Source: Lama glama
Lineage: Eukaryota
DNA length: 64,000 nucleotides
Assembly (NCBI GenBank): GCA_028534125.1
Contig: CM052817.1
Span: forward strand, 67,210,001 to 67,274,000
Direction: 5' to 3'
The position numbers were made by a program, and so were the translations under genes. The number at the start of each line of letters is the position of its first letter. The first letter of the stretch is position 1. Below, piece by piece: positions 26,829 through 38,370 of the stretch. Below the pieces are notes generated by a model, which made no database searches, was not told where the DNA came from, and saw nothing but the letters and a program-made list of their open reading frames with translations.

Positions 26829-27139
26829 GTAAATAAAGGAAGATAATCGAGTTGGGTAACATAATTCTTGGTTAAAACCTAGAAGTGATATAAAGGAACT
26901 AATGAAACTTTATAACTCAAGGAGTTAGTTTAAGGTCAGCCCCATGGAAGGATCTTCCCAGAATATTGAGCAATTTTAGTATAATTGGATGACTAGAAGG
27001 CAGATCTTCCTTTAAATACATTGTTTCAGGCATTGTTAAAATACTAGAATGTATGATGTTATCAATACTCTAGGGATACAGTTAAAGGCAAGAAATTTTA
27101 CTAAAATATGTTTCACAAAGAATTTTCATCAATATGGGT

Positions 27140-28170
27140 ATATTTATTTGGGATCAATTATTTCCTAATTGACACCAGCCATGGAATTTTAAACACAAGT
27201 GATTTAATACAGAAAATTGGTTACCCAGGTGTTGGATGGTGGAAGAGCCAAAAATGGATGTTGATGAAACTCAGAGGTGAGTTACCATCAAAACTAGTTA
27301 CCACTCCAAGGATTGAGGGAAGCAAAGGAAAAAGGGGTCCTGGGAATACTGTGTGTAGATCTCTGAGAGGAAGCTTTACAAAGATAATATTTGGCCACGT
27401 GACACTTTTTCAAGGTCAAAATACCCTTTTTCATATCTGAGCTTAACTATAATAAATAGCAATTATTTCATCTTAGCAACAATAACAATATCAATTTGGT
27501 AATAAGGTGCAATTAATTTTAATGCAAATAAAGATATTCACTTCTCAAAATCGGGAGACACAAATCCCCATAGTCCCTCTGTGATACTAACACTTGTTTT
27601 AGTTTAATCACAATCCAATGTTAATATTGTATAGTAGAAAAACTAAGTTTTAAGGTTGTTTACCACCAAAAGTAATCTGGAAAAGCAAAAGAGATTAGAT
27701 AATGGTGAATATATACATGTATACATAATAACACAAAAAGAAAATGTCCATTACTTCTGTCATTTCTGGAACTCGATATGAGGCCACAATTGGTCTTTAA
27801 AAATCCTTGTTTCCACCATCAATTCCATGTTCCCTTTACCTGTAGCCATTGTCCGAGCTGGGTGACATTTTTTACCTGCTAATGAATTTCAAAACCAATA
27901 TCTTTGGAAGACCTGCCATTAAATGTTTCTATCGTACAATGAAAATTCAGCAGTTGCCCTAGAAATAACCCTGGATTCTGGGCAGATGAACAGATTTCTC
28001 CATATCCACATCAGGTAGCAGCAATCATATTTCTCCTTGGTAATTAGGAGAAATTTCCCCAAACAGTACAGCATTCTTTTTTTTTTTTTTCCCTGACGGT
28101 TTGGTACCCTGAGGAATTCCAACGGCCCATTTTCAACCTCAAATTCCAGTTCAATGGGACCATTGTTTGT
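27140..28170 (-). mobile_element. ERVL remnants (LTR-like piece plus internal dUTPase-like region 27745-28168)
   Basis: Minus strand acaatggtcccattgaactggaatttgagg…cctaattaccaaggagaaat resembles the ERVL internal pol 3' (dUTPase) region. Confidence 0.65.
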
Positions 28171-29395
28171 GAAAGTATTTTTTAATATATATTATTAAAG
28201 TTTTAGGAAATAAAAGTGTTACATATAATTGAAAACTTTAATTCCAAAGACAAGATTTGTAATAAGAGATGGCTAATCATTTTATAAGTGTGAAACATCT
28301 TACTGAGAGCATTTTGGGGAAAAAATCAAGCATGTACATCACAAAAATGTAGAAATATATACAGCTTTATCAAACTTATCTTATTCTACAGGTTTGTCTG
28401 CTAGGTTTTGTTTCTGTAATCTTCACTTATAGGTTTGCATGACAATGGGGGCTTACAGAATGTTTCCATCACACTCTAGGAGAGCTCGTGTGTCTGCATG
28501 CTAGCGTACAGTGATCTGGTACAGGAACACGGTTTTCATATTTCAGTGGAGTGGAAAAGAAAAGGCAACCTTTTTGAAAATAGAATGAATAGGAAAGAGT
28601 GTTTTTTCTCTAACATGTTAATGAAATGGGAGTCTGTAGTTTTGTTAGTTCAGTGATGTGAAAAATAGAAAATCTCTGCTATCTGACCTCATAGGTCTTC
28701 TTTACATATGAAGAACCGTATGCAAAAAGCATTTCTGAAACTGAAAGCACACGCTGGTAGGAATGGAGGGATTTGTTTCTATTCTTGTTTGTTATTTTTT
28801 AAGTTTACTTGTATTCTTGATGGCTAGGGTTTTTTTTTTTTTTTTGAAAATTGCATATTGAGCATAAATACTAAAAAGCAAAAAACTCTGTGTAAGAAAC
28901 CTAACAGAGACAACATGACATTAAATGTGAAGGAAAAAAACAGGAATTTTTCTTGGAGTGGCACTTCCTTAAAAGAACAGCATTTAATAACATAAAATGG
29001 GAGCTTCTTTTTTTATGAAATTTTCCTGACAACCAAACCAATCACTGACGTCTCATGCAATTTTTCCCCCAGGCTTATAGGGAGAACTCTTAGGCTGACT
29101 CTATAATGAACCGAAAATATTTCCTAGCTCTGATCACTGAAAAGGCTGAGAGGAATAACCAAGTCATATCTACAAGTACCCTTAGTGCTCACTGTAGGGG
29201 TTGTAGATACACATGGTTGGCTGGCACTGCTAATATGTAAAATTTAATGATCAATGTGCCCTCTCTGCTTTCCCATATATTTGAAAATTCCAAAATAAAA
29301 CACTGAGGAAAAGTGAATAATCTTAAAATATGAGTCAAATATGAGGCAACAGGAGCAGAATGAGGCTGATGTCTAAGAAAAATAGTCAATGAGAC

Positions 29396-29700
29396 AAAAA
29401 GTCTACAAATAATAAATGCTGGAGAGGGTGTGGAGAAAAGGGAATCCTCCTACATGGTGGGAATGTAAATTGGTGCAGCCACTATGGAAAACAGTATGGA
29501 AGTTCTTTAAAAAACTGAAAATAGAGTTACCATATGATTCAGCAATCCCACTCCTGGGCATATATTCAGAAGAAAACAAAAACTCTAATTTGAAAAGATA
29601 CATGCATCCCAGTATTCATAGCAGCAGTGATTACAACAGGCAAGACATGGAAATAACCCAAGTGCCCAACAACAGACAATTGGTTTAAGAAGATGTGGCA

Positions 29701-29745
<45 letters not shown>

Positions 29746-30200
29746 TGGAATATTACTCAGCCATGAAAAAGAATGAAATACTGCCATTTGCAGCAACATG
29801 GATGGAACTAGAGAATATCATACTGAGTGAAGTAACTCAGAAAGAGAAAGATAAATATTATATGATATCACTTAAATGTGGAATCTAAAAAATAATACAA
29901 ATGAGTCTATATACAAAACAGAAAGAGACTCACAGACATAGGAAACAAATTTGTGGTTACCAAAGGGAAAAGAGAGTGGTGGAGGGGTACATTAGGAGTA
30001 CGGGATTAACAGATACAAACTACTATACATACCATAGATACACAATAAGGATTTACTGTATAGCACAGACAAATATATTTAATATCTTGTAATAACTTAT
30101 AAAGGAAATAATCTAAATATAATATATATATAAAATTGAATCATTTTGCTGTATACCTGAAACTAACACTATATTGTAAGTCAACTATTCTTCAATAAAA
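29396..30200 (+). mobile_element. 5'-truncated L1 (ORF2 C-terminus and 3' UTR) with internal (TG)n
   Basis: ORF 29416-29688 (…[32 protein letters not shown]…); 3' end ttcttcaataaaa; (TG)n at 29705-29742. Confidence 0.95.
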
Positions 30201-30984
30201 CGAAAGACGAATCAGTGAGAAACTGTGATGGGCTCACTGGCACTCACGCAGGATGTTGAGTATTGATCCCAGCACTCAGCAAGCATGGTCCCCGGCCATG
30301 AGGTCTACATTTATACATGGCTGCAGCAACAAAAAAAATATCAATCACAATTTGCCTATCTTGTGCCTGGTACCACCCGTGTTTACATTTATAAAACAGC
30401 TCATTGCAGTTACACACTTTGTTCAAAAAGCAAACTTTTGACTACAGAATAGAAAGAAAGAGGTAAGTTTTGAAGATTATTGTGCTTCTATAAAATGTTA
30501 CCCAAGAAAACCATCCAACAGAAGTAGGTTATTGTGAGGCATTTCATTGGCTAAAATAAATTTGATTCGCAAGTCGTTGTCCCTAAGAGAGGCTAGTTGG
30601 TTTCTCCCACATGCCTCAGAATGGGTGGATGATGGTGGGTTAGAGCTACTTAATGTGCAGGTGGCATTGGTCCAGCTGTGTCCAGGTATAACTAACTCAG
30701 GTCATAGAAGGCAATACTCACTCAGCAATATTGCTGTTCTGAGGTCTATGCATGTTCTTTCATTTTTAAATTTGGAATTTTCAAACACAAATTAAAGTAG
30801 AGAGACTAATAAAGGAGATTTGATTTATTCATCATACAATTTTAACAATTATCAAAACACAGCCCACTTTTTAAAACTATAACTCCTGCCCCACTGGCCA
30901 CCAGAGTGATTCTTGTTATTGGGTTGTTCATTGTTTCCAGGCATTTTCAGTGGACAGAGATGAAAAAATGTGTATTTCTTAAAC

Positions 30985-31740
30985 GTTTTCTATTAGGACA
31001 GTTTTAGATTAACATATATTGTGAAAGCAGTACTGAGAGTTCCCATAAGCCACACCTAGAATTCCCTATTATATCTTACATTAGTGTAGTACATTTGGTA
31101 CAGATAATTGTAATTAACTAAAGTCCATGCTTTATTCATATTTCTTTAGTTTTACCTAACGCACCTTTTCTGTTCCATAATCCCATCCAGGAACCATATT
31201 ACATTCAGTTGTCATGTCTCCTTAGATCCCTCCTGGCTGTGACAGTTTCTCAGACTTTCCTTCTTTTGGATGACCTTGACAGGTATTTGACGGAATGCCT
31301 CCCAACTGGGATTTATCTGATATTTTTCACGTAAGACTTGGGTATGTCTTTCTGAGGAGAAAAACCACTGACATACAGTACAGTTTCCATCACATCATTA
31401 GCAAGGATACATACTATCCACATGTCTCACCATTGTTGATTCTGACTTTGATATACTGGCTGAGATAATGTTCATCAGATTTCTCCACTATCAAATTACT
31501 CTTTGATGCCAAAAACACAATCTATAAAAAAAATTGATTAACTGGATCTCATCCAAATCAAAAATTTTGCTCTGAGAAAGACCACGATAAAAGGATGAAA
31601 AGAAAAACGAAAAAATGGGATACCTGCTACCCCCATTTATTAATATCTAGCAGATATTAATAAAGGATACATGGGCCCTCTGTTTTGTTTCTTGCAACTG
31701 TCTGTGAATCTACAATTATCTCAAAATAAAAGGTTTAATT
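30985..31740. mobile_element. L1MC-type 3' fragment (minus, to ~31505) followed by a sense L1 fragment
   Basis: gacagtttctcagactttccttcttttggatgaccttgacag is the reverse of the 19110-19160 L1MC motif; sense tail aatctacaattatctcaaaataaaagg. Confidence 0.8.
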
Positions 31741-33103
31741 AAGATATCTAATTTCTGTTTTCATTTTTCTTGGCAATGGATTATGTAGAAATGCTCTGGT
31801 TAATATCCCAACAGTGTGTGATATTCCAGTGCTCATTATGGTGGTGCTTTCTCACATAACTGTGCTTCGTCTGGTCCCTACAATATCCTTGACATTCTCC
31901 CAGGCAGTGAGGCTATTTATGGATACTAGTAATATTGCTAAAGATTCTCCTCATGTCTGTAAGTGAGCATCACGGGAGAATAAAGTTGAAAAATTCAAGA
32001 TGTTTTCTTCAGCCTCTAGAAAATATTCTTTGATTTTGAGAGTGAATACATAACCTTTGGGGAATTCTCCTTTCTGGAGTGATTTTACTGCCGCATTGCT
32101 GTTGTTGATAAGATGATGTGATGGTGATGCTTTCCTTAGTTGGAGGACATAAGGATTAAGCATACACAGAGGCCACATATTCCTCATCACATAAAGGGGT
32201 ATGTGGATGGCAGGACCCCTATATAATCTTCAGTGAGTCCCACTCCCAGCATTTCTAGGGAGAGAACTGATTCAAATTTATGTTTGTTTAGCGTTTATGT
32301 TCAAATATTAATTTCACACCCTAGAAAAGTTTTGACAAAAATTGAAATGAACTTGGAATCTTTATTTCAAACTGTGATATCAGATGGGTTTGCCTCATTC
32401 ATGTCTAATGCCTCCATTCAACTGGAGTTAAATGCCATTTTTCTTCACTTATCCATCAGTTTAAACTTGTCAGCTCATTAAAGTATCTTCTGAGATCTAG
32501 CAGATATTAGATAGACTCAGAAATACAGAATCAACTCATGTAACTCACACACCTCACCAGGTGTATGTATCCTGCTAAAAGCTGAACAGGGAAATGACTC
32601 TTTTTTTATTGGCTAAGCTACTTTACACCTTGCTGAATTAATTCATATGTAATAATATAAAAGTAGTTATATTTAATATATTTAAAATAAAGGTATGAAT
32701 AATGGTAAATGACAATAATCTCCATATATATATATATTTTTCACATTATAATAGTCTATTTGACACCATTTTTTACACCAAAGACACACATGGTTCTTGT
32801 GCAATATTCTTGACCACACAAGTATTCCTGGTAAGTATTATCAAGTAGTCATACCTAGGAAATTTCTACATGGATTTTGAATTCAAAGTTTATAAATAGA
32901 TTTGGACAAGTTTACAAAGCTATTTTTATTGAACTCTTGGGAATCATAAATTCATCTTGTAAACTAATCATTACTAAAATTCACGCTGAAAATAGTAAAA
33001 TGATTCTACTAGGAAACTATCTCCCTGTAGTGATAAGTACTTGAAATAAGTCAAAAAATAAATATACTAACTCAAGGTTCATTTATAGTTTTTTAAATAA
33101 AGC

Positions 33104-33218
33104 CTCATGGCCGTAAGCGGTTGTACAGGCATCGTGATACACGTGCCTGATTAATGCCAGCAATATTGTCCTGCCACAGCTTGAAACAAGCCATTGCCTA
33201 AGGACCCTCGGCCATGAG
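33104..33218. mobile_element. Small inverted-repeat element (hAT-Tip100-like MITE?)
   Basis: Perfect 10-bp inverted repeat ctcatggccg/cggccatgag; internal hairpin caggca…tgcctg. Confidence 0.4.
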
Positions 33219-34284
33219 TTTCCTGCTGGAATAGCTAACTTTTAAATCCCCAGAGGTGAAGTCATGAGTTTCTGATGATTGTTTCTTTTTTCCCTTCAGT
33301 TATGACCAATGCATTTCAAAAATATGCTTCTAGAAGTTTCATGACCTAGAGAGTTTCCAAGTGAATATGTTAATTTTTGTATTTTTGAATTTAATATACA
33401 CAAACTTGTAAGTAGATCGCAGTATGTTTTCGTCCACACCATCCTCTCTAGCCTGCCAGGTTGCTCTTGGTTCAGCCCGTATTTCTCAATGTCTCCAGTA
33501 CTGCGTTTAACTGATCACCCTTTGTTCTCTTCTTTGTGTTACCAAACTATTGTCGATTTTCCAGCAATCCATGACATTATTTTTCTTCAAAAATTGTAGG
33601 GAGTTGAACTTAAACATCATGGTGCATTGGTCTGAAATATGTTTAGATGGTATTTTGTTTTGAACCCCTCAAGTTCACATCAATCCATTTACTCATTCAT
33701 TCATTCATCCAATATAAGTAATCTGACTTTTCCGATGCAGTGTTTAAATTTCAGGAAAGCATTGTTTCCATTAAGGACCCGATTGTACAAGTCTCACAAT
33801 ATAAAAAAATGAAGGAAAACCTCCTACATTTAAATATGCATTTGAATTTTGCTGTTTACCTGAAAGGAGCTAAATCAAAGTCAGAGGACTGAATTATGAA
33901 CAGCAATGTGTCACTGATGACTCCTAACAGCTGAACACATTCAGATGATTGTTTATGCTGACAACGAAGGAGTGTTCAAATCAAAAATCAAAGGTGAAAA
34001 ATAAAAATACATATTTGTATGTACTTGTACGGCTATTACATGCTGTGATCTGTTATATAATCACATTTCATCCTTAATAGCTGATACAAATTGATTAAAC
34101 GTTTTGTAAACAATGGATCTTAGCATTACTGAAATATGGTGCTACCTATCTCGAGAGTTGTAATAAAAAATTATGGCTCATGGTGCCTGCGTCACAGCAC
34201 GCACCAAACGGAATAACTATTCCATAGAAAAAAGGAAATGTGTTTTCCCTCTAAAAACACAGATCAGACTCTAATGGTAAAGAC

Positions 34285-34690
34285 AGACATGTGGTTAAGA
34301 TCTGTTTCTTCAGGAAACCAGAGACCTACATGCATCAGATTTATTAGCGAGATCTGGTTACAACAACCATGACGCAGCATTGGGCAGAAGGTGAAACGGA
34401 GCTAGAGTGCAGATGTAACAGCAAACGCAGTCAGTCCCAGTTCTGAAGCTTGGATGTCCCATTAGGGTTATTCTCAGTTGTACAAATGGGTCAGGCCTTT
34501 GTACTCTTGCATCAAACAGTTACTGAATATGAGACTCCCTGGGGAAGAGGGTGAGGCATATCATCCTGCTGAGAACTATTCACGGAGAAGGACACAGTCA
34601 TAGTCGTCAACAGGCAAACCTTGCCACAATGGGAAGAACACGTATCTCGGTCCTGAAAGAATATCCGAATAGTGCACTACAGGATCCCCT
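34285..34690 (-). mobile_element. ERVL LTR (LTR16/LTR33-like)
   Basis: gcagcattgggcagaaggtgaa…gttctgaagcttggatgtccc…gcctttgtactcttgcatcaaacagttactgaatatgag. Confidence 0.6.
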
Positions 34691-35544
34691 GCACACCTTC
34701 ACAGATAATGTCCATATCTATCTGAAAGTGGGGCGTTTCTATGAAACATTTCCTAAACTGAAATGGCGTAAAGCGAAGAAGCAATTACCATAGGACACAT
34801 CTTGCTAATGCATACAAAAAATAAATCCAGATAAAGCACAGGTGCTCACAGACACAGTCTTTATTTTCCATTTCTCTCACATTCCTTAGAACTCATATTT
34901 TTACACTAGATTCCTGATTCTTATCATACTTGGAATGGGTCTGTTTTTCTGGTTGAATTCTGATGCTCTGCCAAGTAATAGACTAAGGAGATCTGTGCAC
35001 ATCAGAATACTCAAGAGAAGGGCATGTGAGTCTACGTAGGTTATGTTCCTCATGAGGCCTCTTACCCTACTTCATGAGATTGGATTCCCACATACTAGAC
35101 ACATATTATCAGGTTTCATTGTGATTTGCACTAAGGTAAGAATTTTGACTTTATCACTTCATTTATCCTTCACCAAAACCCCATGCAGTAGATATTATTA
35201 TTCTAATTACAAACTATTCTAGATCATGAACAGTGGTCATTCTTGAATAGGAATAAGCAAGAATGCCAAATACCAAATACCAAATGTGTACCATTTACAG
35301 ATCACATTATCCTGAATCAGTGTGTGTGTGAAGAGCTGTGTCTATCCAAGGTAAGTATTCTGAAGTTGTGCTGATTATTTTTCTTGTTTTTAATACACTG
35401 TTCCTATATGAGTTTAGATTGACAAACTTATCAACATAAGGCAGGTGGAAATCTAAGTCACTGACAGCTAATCATTGCAAACTTTGATCTTGCAAGCTTG
35501 CTTCAAAGTGATAGCAGCAAATATTTGAGATAAAAAATGAAAAC

Positions 35545-35790
35545 ATTGGCAATAACAATAATTATAAAACTTACCCTTGGATAAGGCTTTATAACATCAC
35601 TTACAAAGCATATGCATTATGTTATCTCATTTGAATCTCACATAATCTTTGAAGTAAGGATTATTATAACCTCTCATTCACAGATGAAGAAAATGATGTT
35701 CAGAACAGATAAATGACTTAAACCCACTCAGCAAGTAGCAAGAGTTGGATCTTGAGTAAAAACGTTCTGATTCTCAATCTCATATGATTG
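35545..35790 (-). mobile_element. MIR SINE
   Basis: ttatctcatttgaatctcacataatctttgaagtaaggattatt…cacagatgaagaaaatgatgttcaga. Confidence 0.75.
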
Positions 35791-37009
35791 TTTTATGGTA
35801 TGTATATTGATTTTAGAAGAGCATGGGCTATTGAACTAGCTCTGGCCATAACAGTACGTTCTGGTAGTTTTGAGTTGTCACACAGTATATGTGTTTGACC
35901 TTGAAAACACACTTTCATATTGAAAACATATTCATTTTTAAATGAATAACAATAAATAACATCACCTCTCAATATACCATCCCTGAGCTTCAAGAATTTC
36001 TGAAACTCTGTAAGGGCTCAGTTACTGCTATTAAGAAGTAAAACCCATACCTACCCATTGTTACCTGGAATGGAATGCTTCCCTTGTGTGAATGCGACGT
36101 CATTCTCCCCAGTTAAAGGAAAAACAAAGTCAAAATGGCTAGGTATGTGTAGATATTCACTGAGCTGGGCTCCCGGTACACACTGATTCATAGTTATCCG
36201 ATTTTGAAATATGCTATGATAATCCTTGTGCTAGCTCATGGCAATCTACTCAGGCAGACAAATACTATTTTGGCTACCAGCACTGATCACAAACAGAATT
36301 TGAACGTTTGCAGACAACAGACTTACTAGAAATATGAAGACCTACAGCGGAGCTGAATGGCTGGACAACAGTAAATTCTGAATAATGCACTTCGGTCTGT
36401 GTTATTAAAAATGCAGTATGTGTCAGTCACACAAAACCCAGTTTTCGTCGAAGGATCCTTTTCCGTACTCCACTGTGACTTACAATAGGCAGAGAAATTC
36501 TTCACAAATCAAAGCTGAAACCCAAGTATCCCTCCCACCTCGCTCTCTTTCAAACTTCCTGGCAAAAATTTAAATTAAGTACTTAGCTGTAGTGTTATTA
36601 ATTGAGGGTGTCTAAAATATATCCTTTTTATGTGTTGCAGTGTGTGTGTCTGTGCAAGTGTATTTTATAGGCTGAATATAAAGGTGAGTTAATGGTTAAT
36701 AAGTGAGCACGTAAGAAAGGAAACAACTAGTTTATTTGTGTAAACAATTTGCCTTCTCTCTTTAGCCTTAGCAATGTGGAGTAGAAATAAAGGCATTAAC
36801 TGTATCTAGTTCTTTAAGAGATTGAAATTTAGGAAAAGAAGAATAAAGTGAATGGTAGGAATTCTACCTTATACCAGTCCTATCTTTCTTTCTTGAAAAT
36901 ACATGCAAGAAAATCAGAACTAAGTTGTGAAATGCAGTAGTAGATTTAAACATATTCAGTTTATAACTTGCTGCAGGAGTATTCATTTCAGTAAGAACTG
37001 TTTCTAGTT

Positions 37010-37200
37010 CAGCGTTTCCCTGTCGCTTAACTGAGTCCAGAAATGCTCCCCTGGCTCATTGTGTGGCAGCCCTGCCTGCGGACTGCGCATGCCTGAGCCC
37101 TTGTGCGGCAGCTGCCCGGGCTGGCCCTTCTTGTTCAGCAGTTACTGGCTTTCTCCTGCTTTCCGTGGCTGGGTATGTTTCTCTGCTTCACTTCCCTACT
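37010..37200 (+). promoter_or_regulatory. Second GC/CpG-rich promoter-like patch
   Basis: NRF1-like TGCGCATGCC at 37084-37093, local CpGs, donor-like TGG|GTATGT at 37172/37173. Confidence 0.45.
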
Positions 37201-37689
37201 CTGAGCAAGTAACCAGCTTATTTTCTCTTTGTGATATTTAACAAATTGATGACGATTTTTTCCCCGATTGTTTCTTTGGCCACAGCAAAGTGAAGGCAAT
37301 AGAATACAGAGAATCAAAGATTTTTTGGAAAAGACAGGTCTGGTGGAAATACTGAGAGCAGACGCTGATCTCTCGCCTGCCTTGTAAAACTTGGGGAATG
37401 TAATTTCGGTAGGGCTTTGGGTCTAACTACGGGGGGCTTTTTTTCTTTTTCGCCACCAACCTCCTCTTCTAAAAAGACGTTTTTTCTATATGTCTGTGCA
37501 GAATTATTCCTATTTACATTAGCTTTACTAACAAATATTTCACCTGGTCTCCTTTACCCAGTCCTCTTCCCACATCCATTATTGGTGATCAGCTGAAGCA
37601 ATGCTTGATTTATGGACTATTTCATAATCCTTTCATACAGAGTTTTGAGACTTCTCTTTTTTGATCTCTTACTCTACCTCATTGTTATG

Positions 37690-37850
37690 TTTATCATAAC
37701 TTTTACAATACTCATCTTTATTACATATGTGATAACCCAAACTGAACTGTAAACTTCTTGAAAACTGAAACAGTTTTTGATTCCCTTCTTTACGCCAAGA
37801 GCCAATAAAACTGCCTGGCACCTAGAAGGTGCTTAATAAATGTTTGTTGT
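37690..37850 (+). mobile_element. L2 3' end
   Basis: actgtaaacttcttgaa…ctgcctggcacctagaaggtgcttaataaatgtttgttg. Confidence 0.75.
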
Positions 37851-38149
37851 ATAAAGACTGATGACAAGCAAGAATATTTGAAAACTGGGGTGAACAAAGA
37901 TACAGAGAGCTTATTGGAGAAGAGTTAGGAGCCAGGGGGAAAAAAAGCTGTTAGCTTAAGAAAATTAAGAAGAGAGTAAAAGTACACATTTAAAACCCAC
38001 ACACTAACTGACTATACTTCAATTAAAAAAGAAACTTGCATGCTTGTATTTTTTCACCCACTATTAAAGCTCAAAAAATAGTATGTGCATGCTGGATAGA
38101 CACGTGAATCAGCATAGCATTCTTCTCTCTGTTCTAAGTCCAGGAAACA

Positions 38150-38370
38150 GTAACAAAAATGATGATGACAACATTTACTGAGATTTTTTTCCAAACAAAT
38201 TTATGATATGGGACCACTACCATGATCTTTATTATATAGATAAGAAAGTGAGGTTCGGAAAGTTTAAGTAACTTAGCCAATATCACACAGCTACTAACTG
38301 ATGGAACTTAGGATTAAAACTAGGCATTCTTGTTTCGGAGCTTGGATTTTCAACTTCCAAACTTTACCGA
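38150..38370 (-). mobile_element. MIR SINE
   Basis: agataagaaagtgaggttcggaaagtttaagtaacttagccaatatcacacagcta. Confidence 0.75.

Larger units (their letters stand above)
30410..36809 (+). pseudogene. Candidate decayed or unannotated multi-exon gene segment (possibly RGS-domain-like)
   Basis: Exon-like units 30410-30462, 31789-31958, 32755-32830, 33300-33360, 34890-35025, 35301-35350, 36671-36683 and 36766-36809 with AG/GT sites join in one frame, with internal stops only at 32811 (TGA) and 33331 (TAG); AATAAA at 36842. Confidence 0.35.

Noticed and set aside
1990..28480. Alternative-frame resemblances (serine-protease IVNG start, PLAT-like HDNGG, desaturase-like TMGAYR)
   Set aside because: Isolated 4-6 residue similarities without the rest of the family motifs.
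29403..30092. Cluster of ORFs on both strands (likewise 42394-42998 and 59336-59569)
   Set aside because: L1 ORF2 C-terminus, 3' UTR and microsatellite translations.
18850..31505. Long-range inverted similarity between ~18850-19270 and ~31130-31500
   Set aside because: Two independent L1MC-type copies in opposite orientation.
34890..35350. Prepropeptide reading (hydrophobic run followed by RLRR and KRR sites)
   Set aside because: No initiating Met exon in phase upstream of the hydrophobic run; kept only as part of the broader exon-chain hypothesis.
35565..35600. Strong minus-strand donor-like sites (also 21885-21910)
   Set aside because: They lie within MIR and CR1 remnants, with no matching exon structure.
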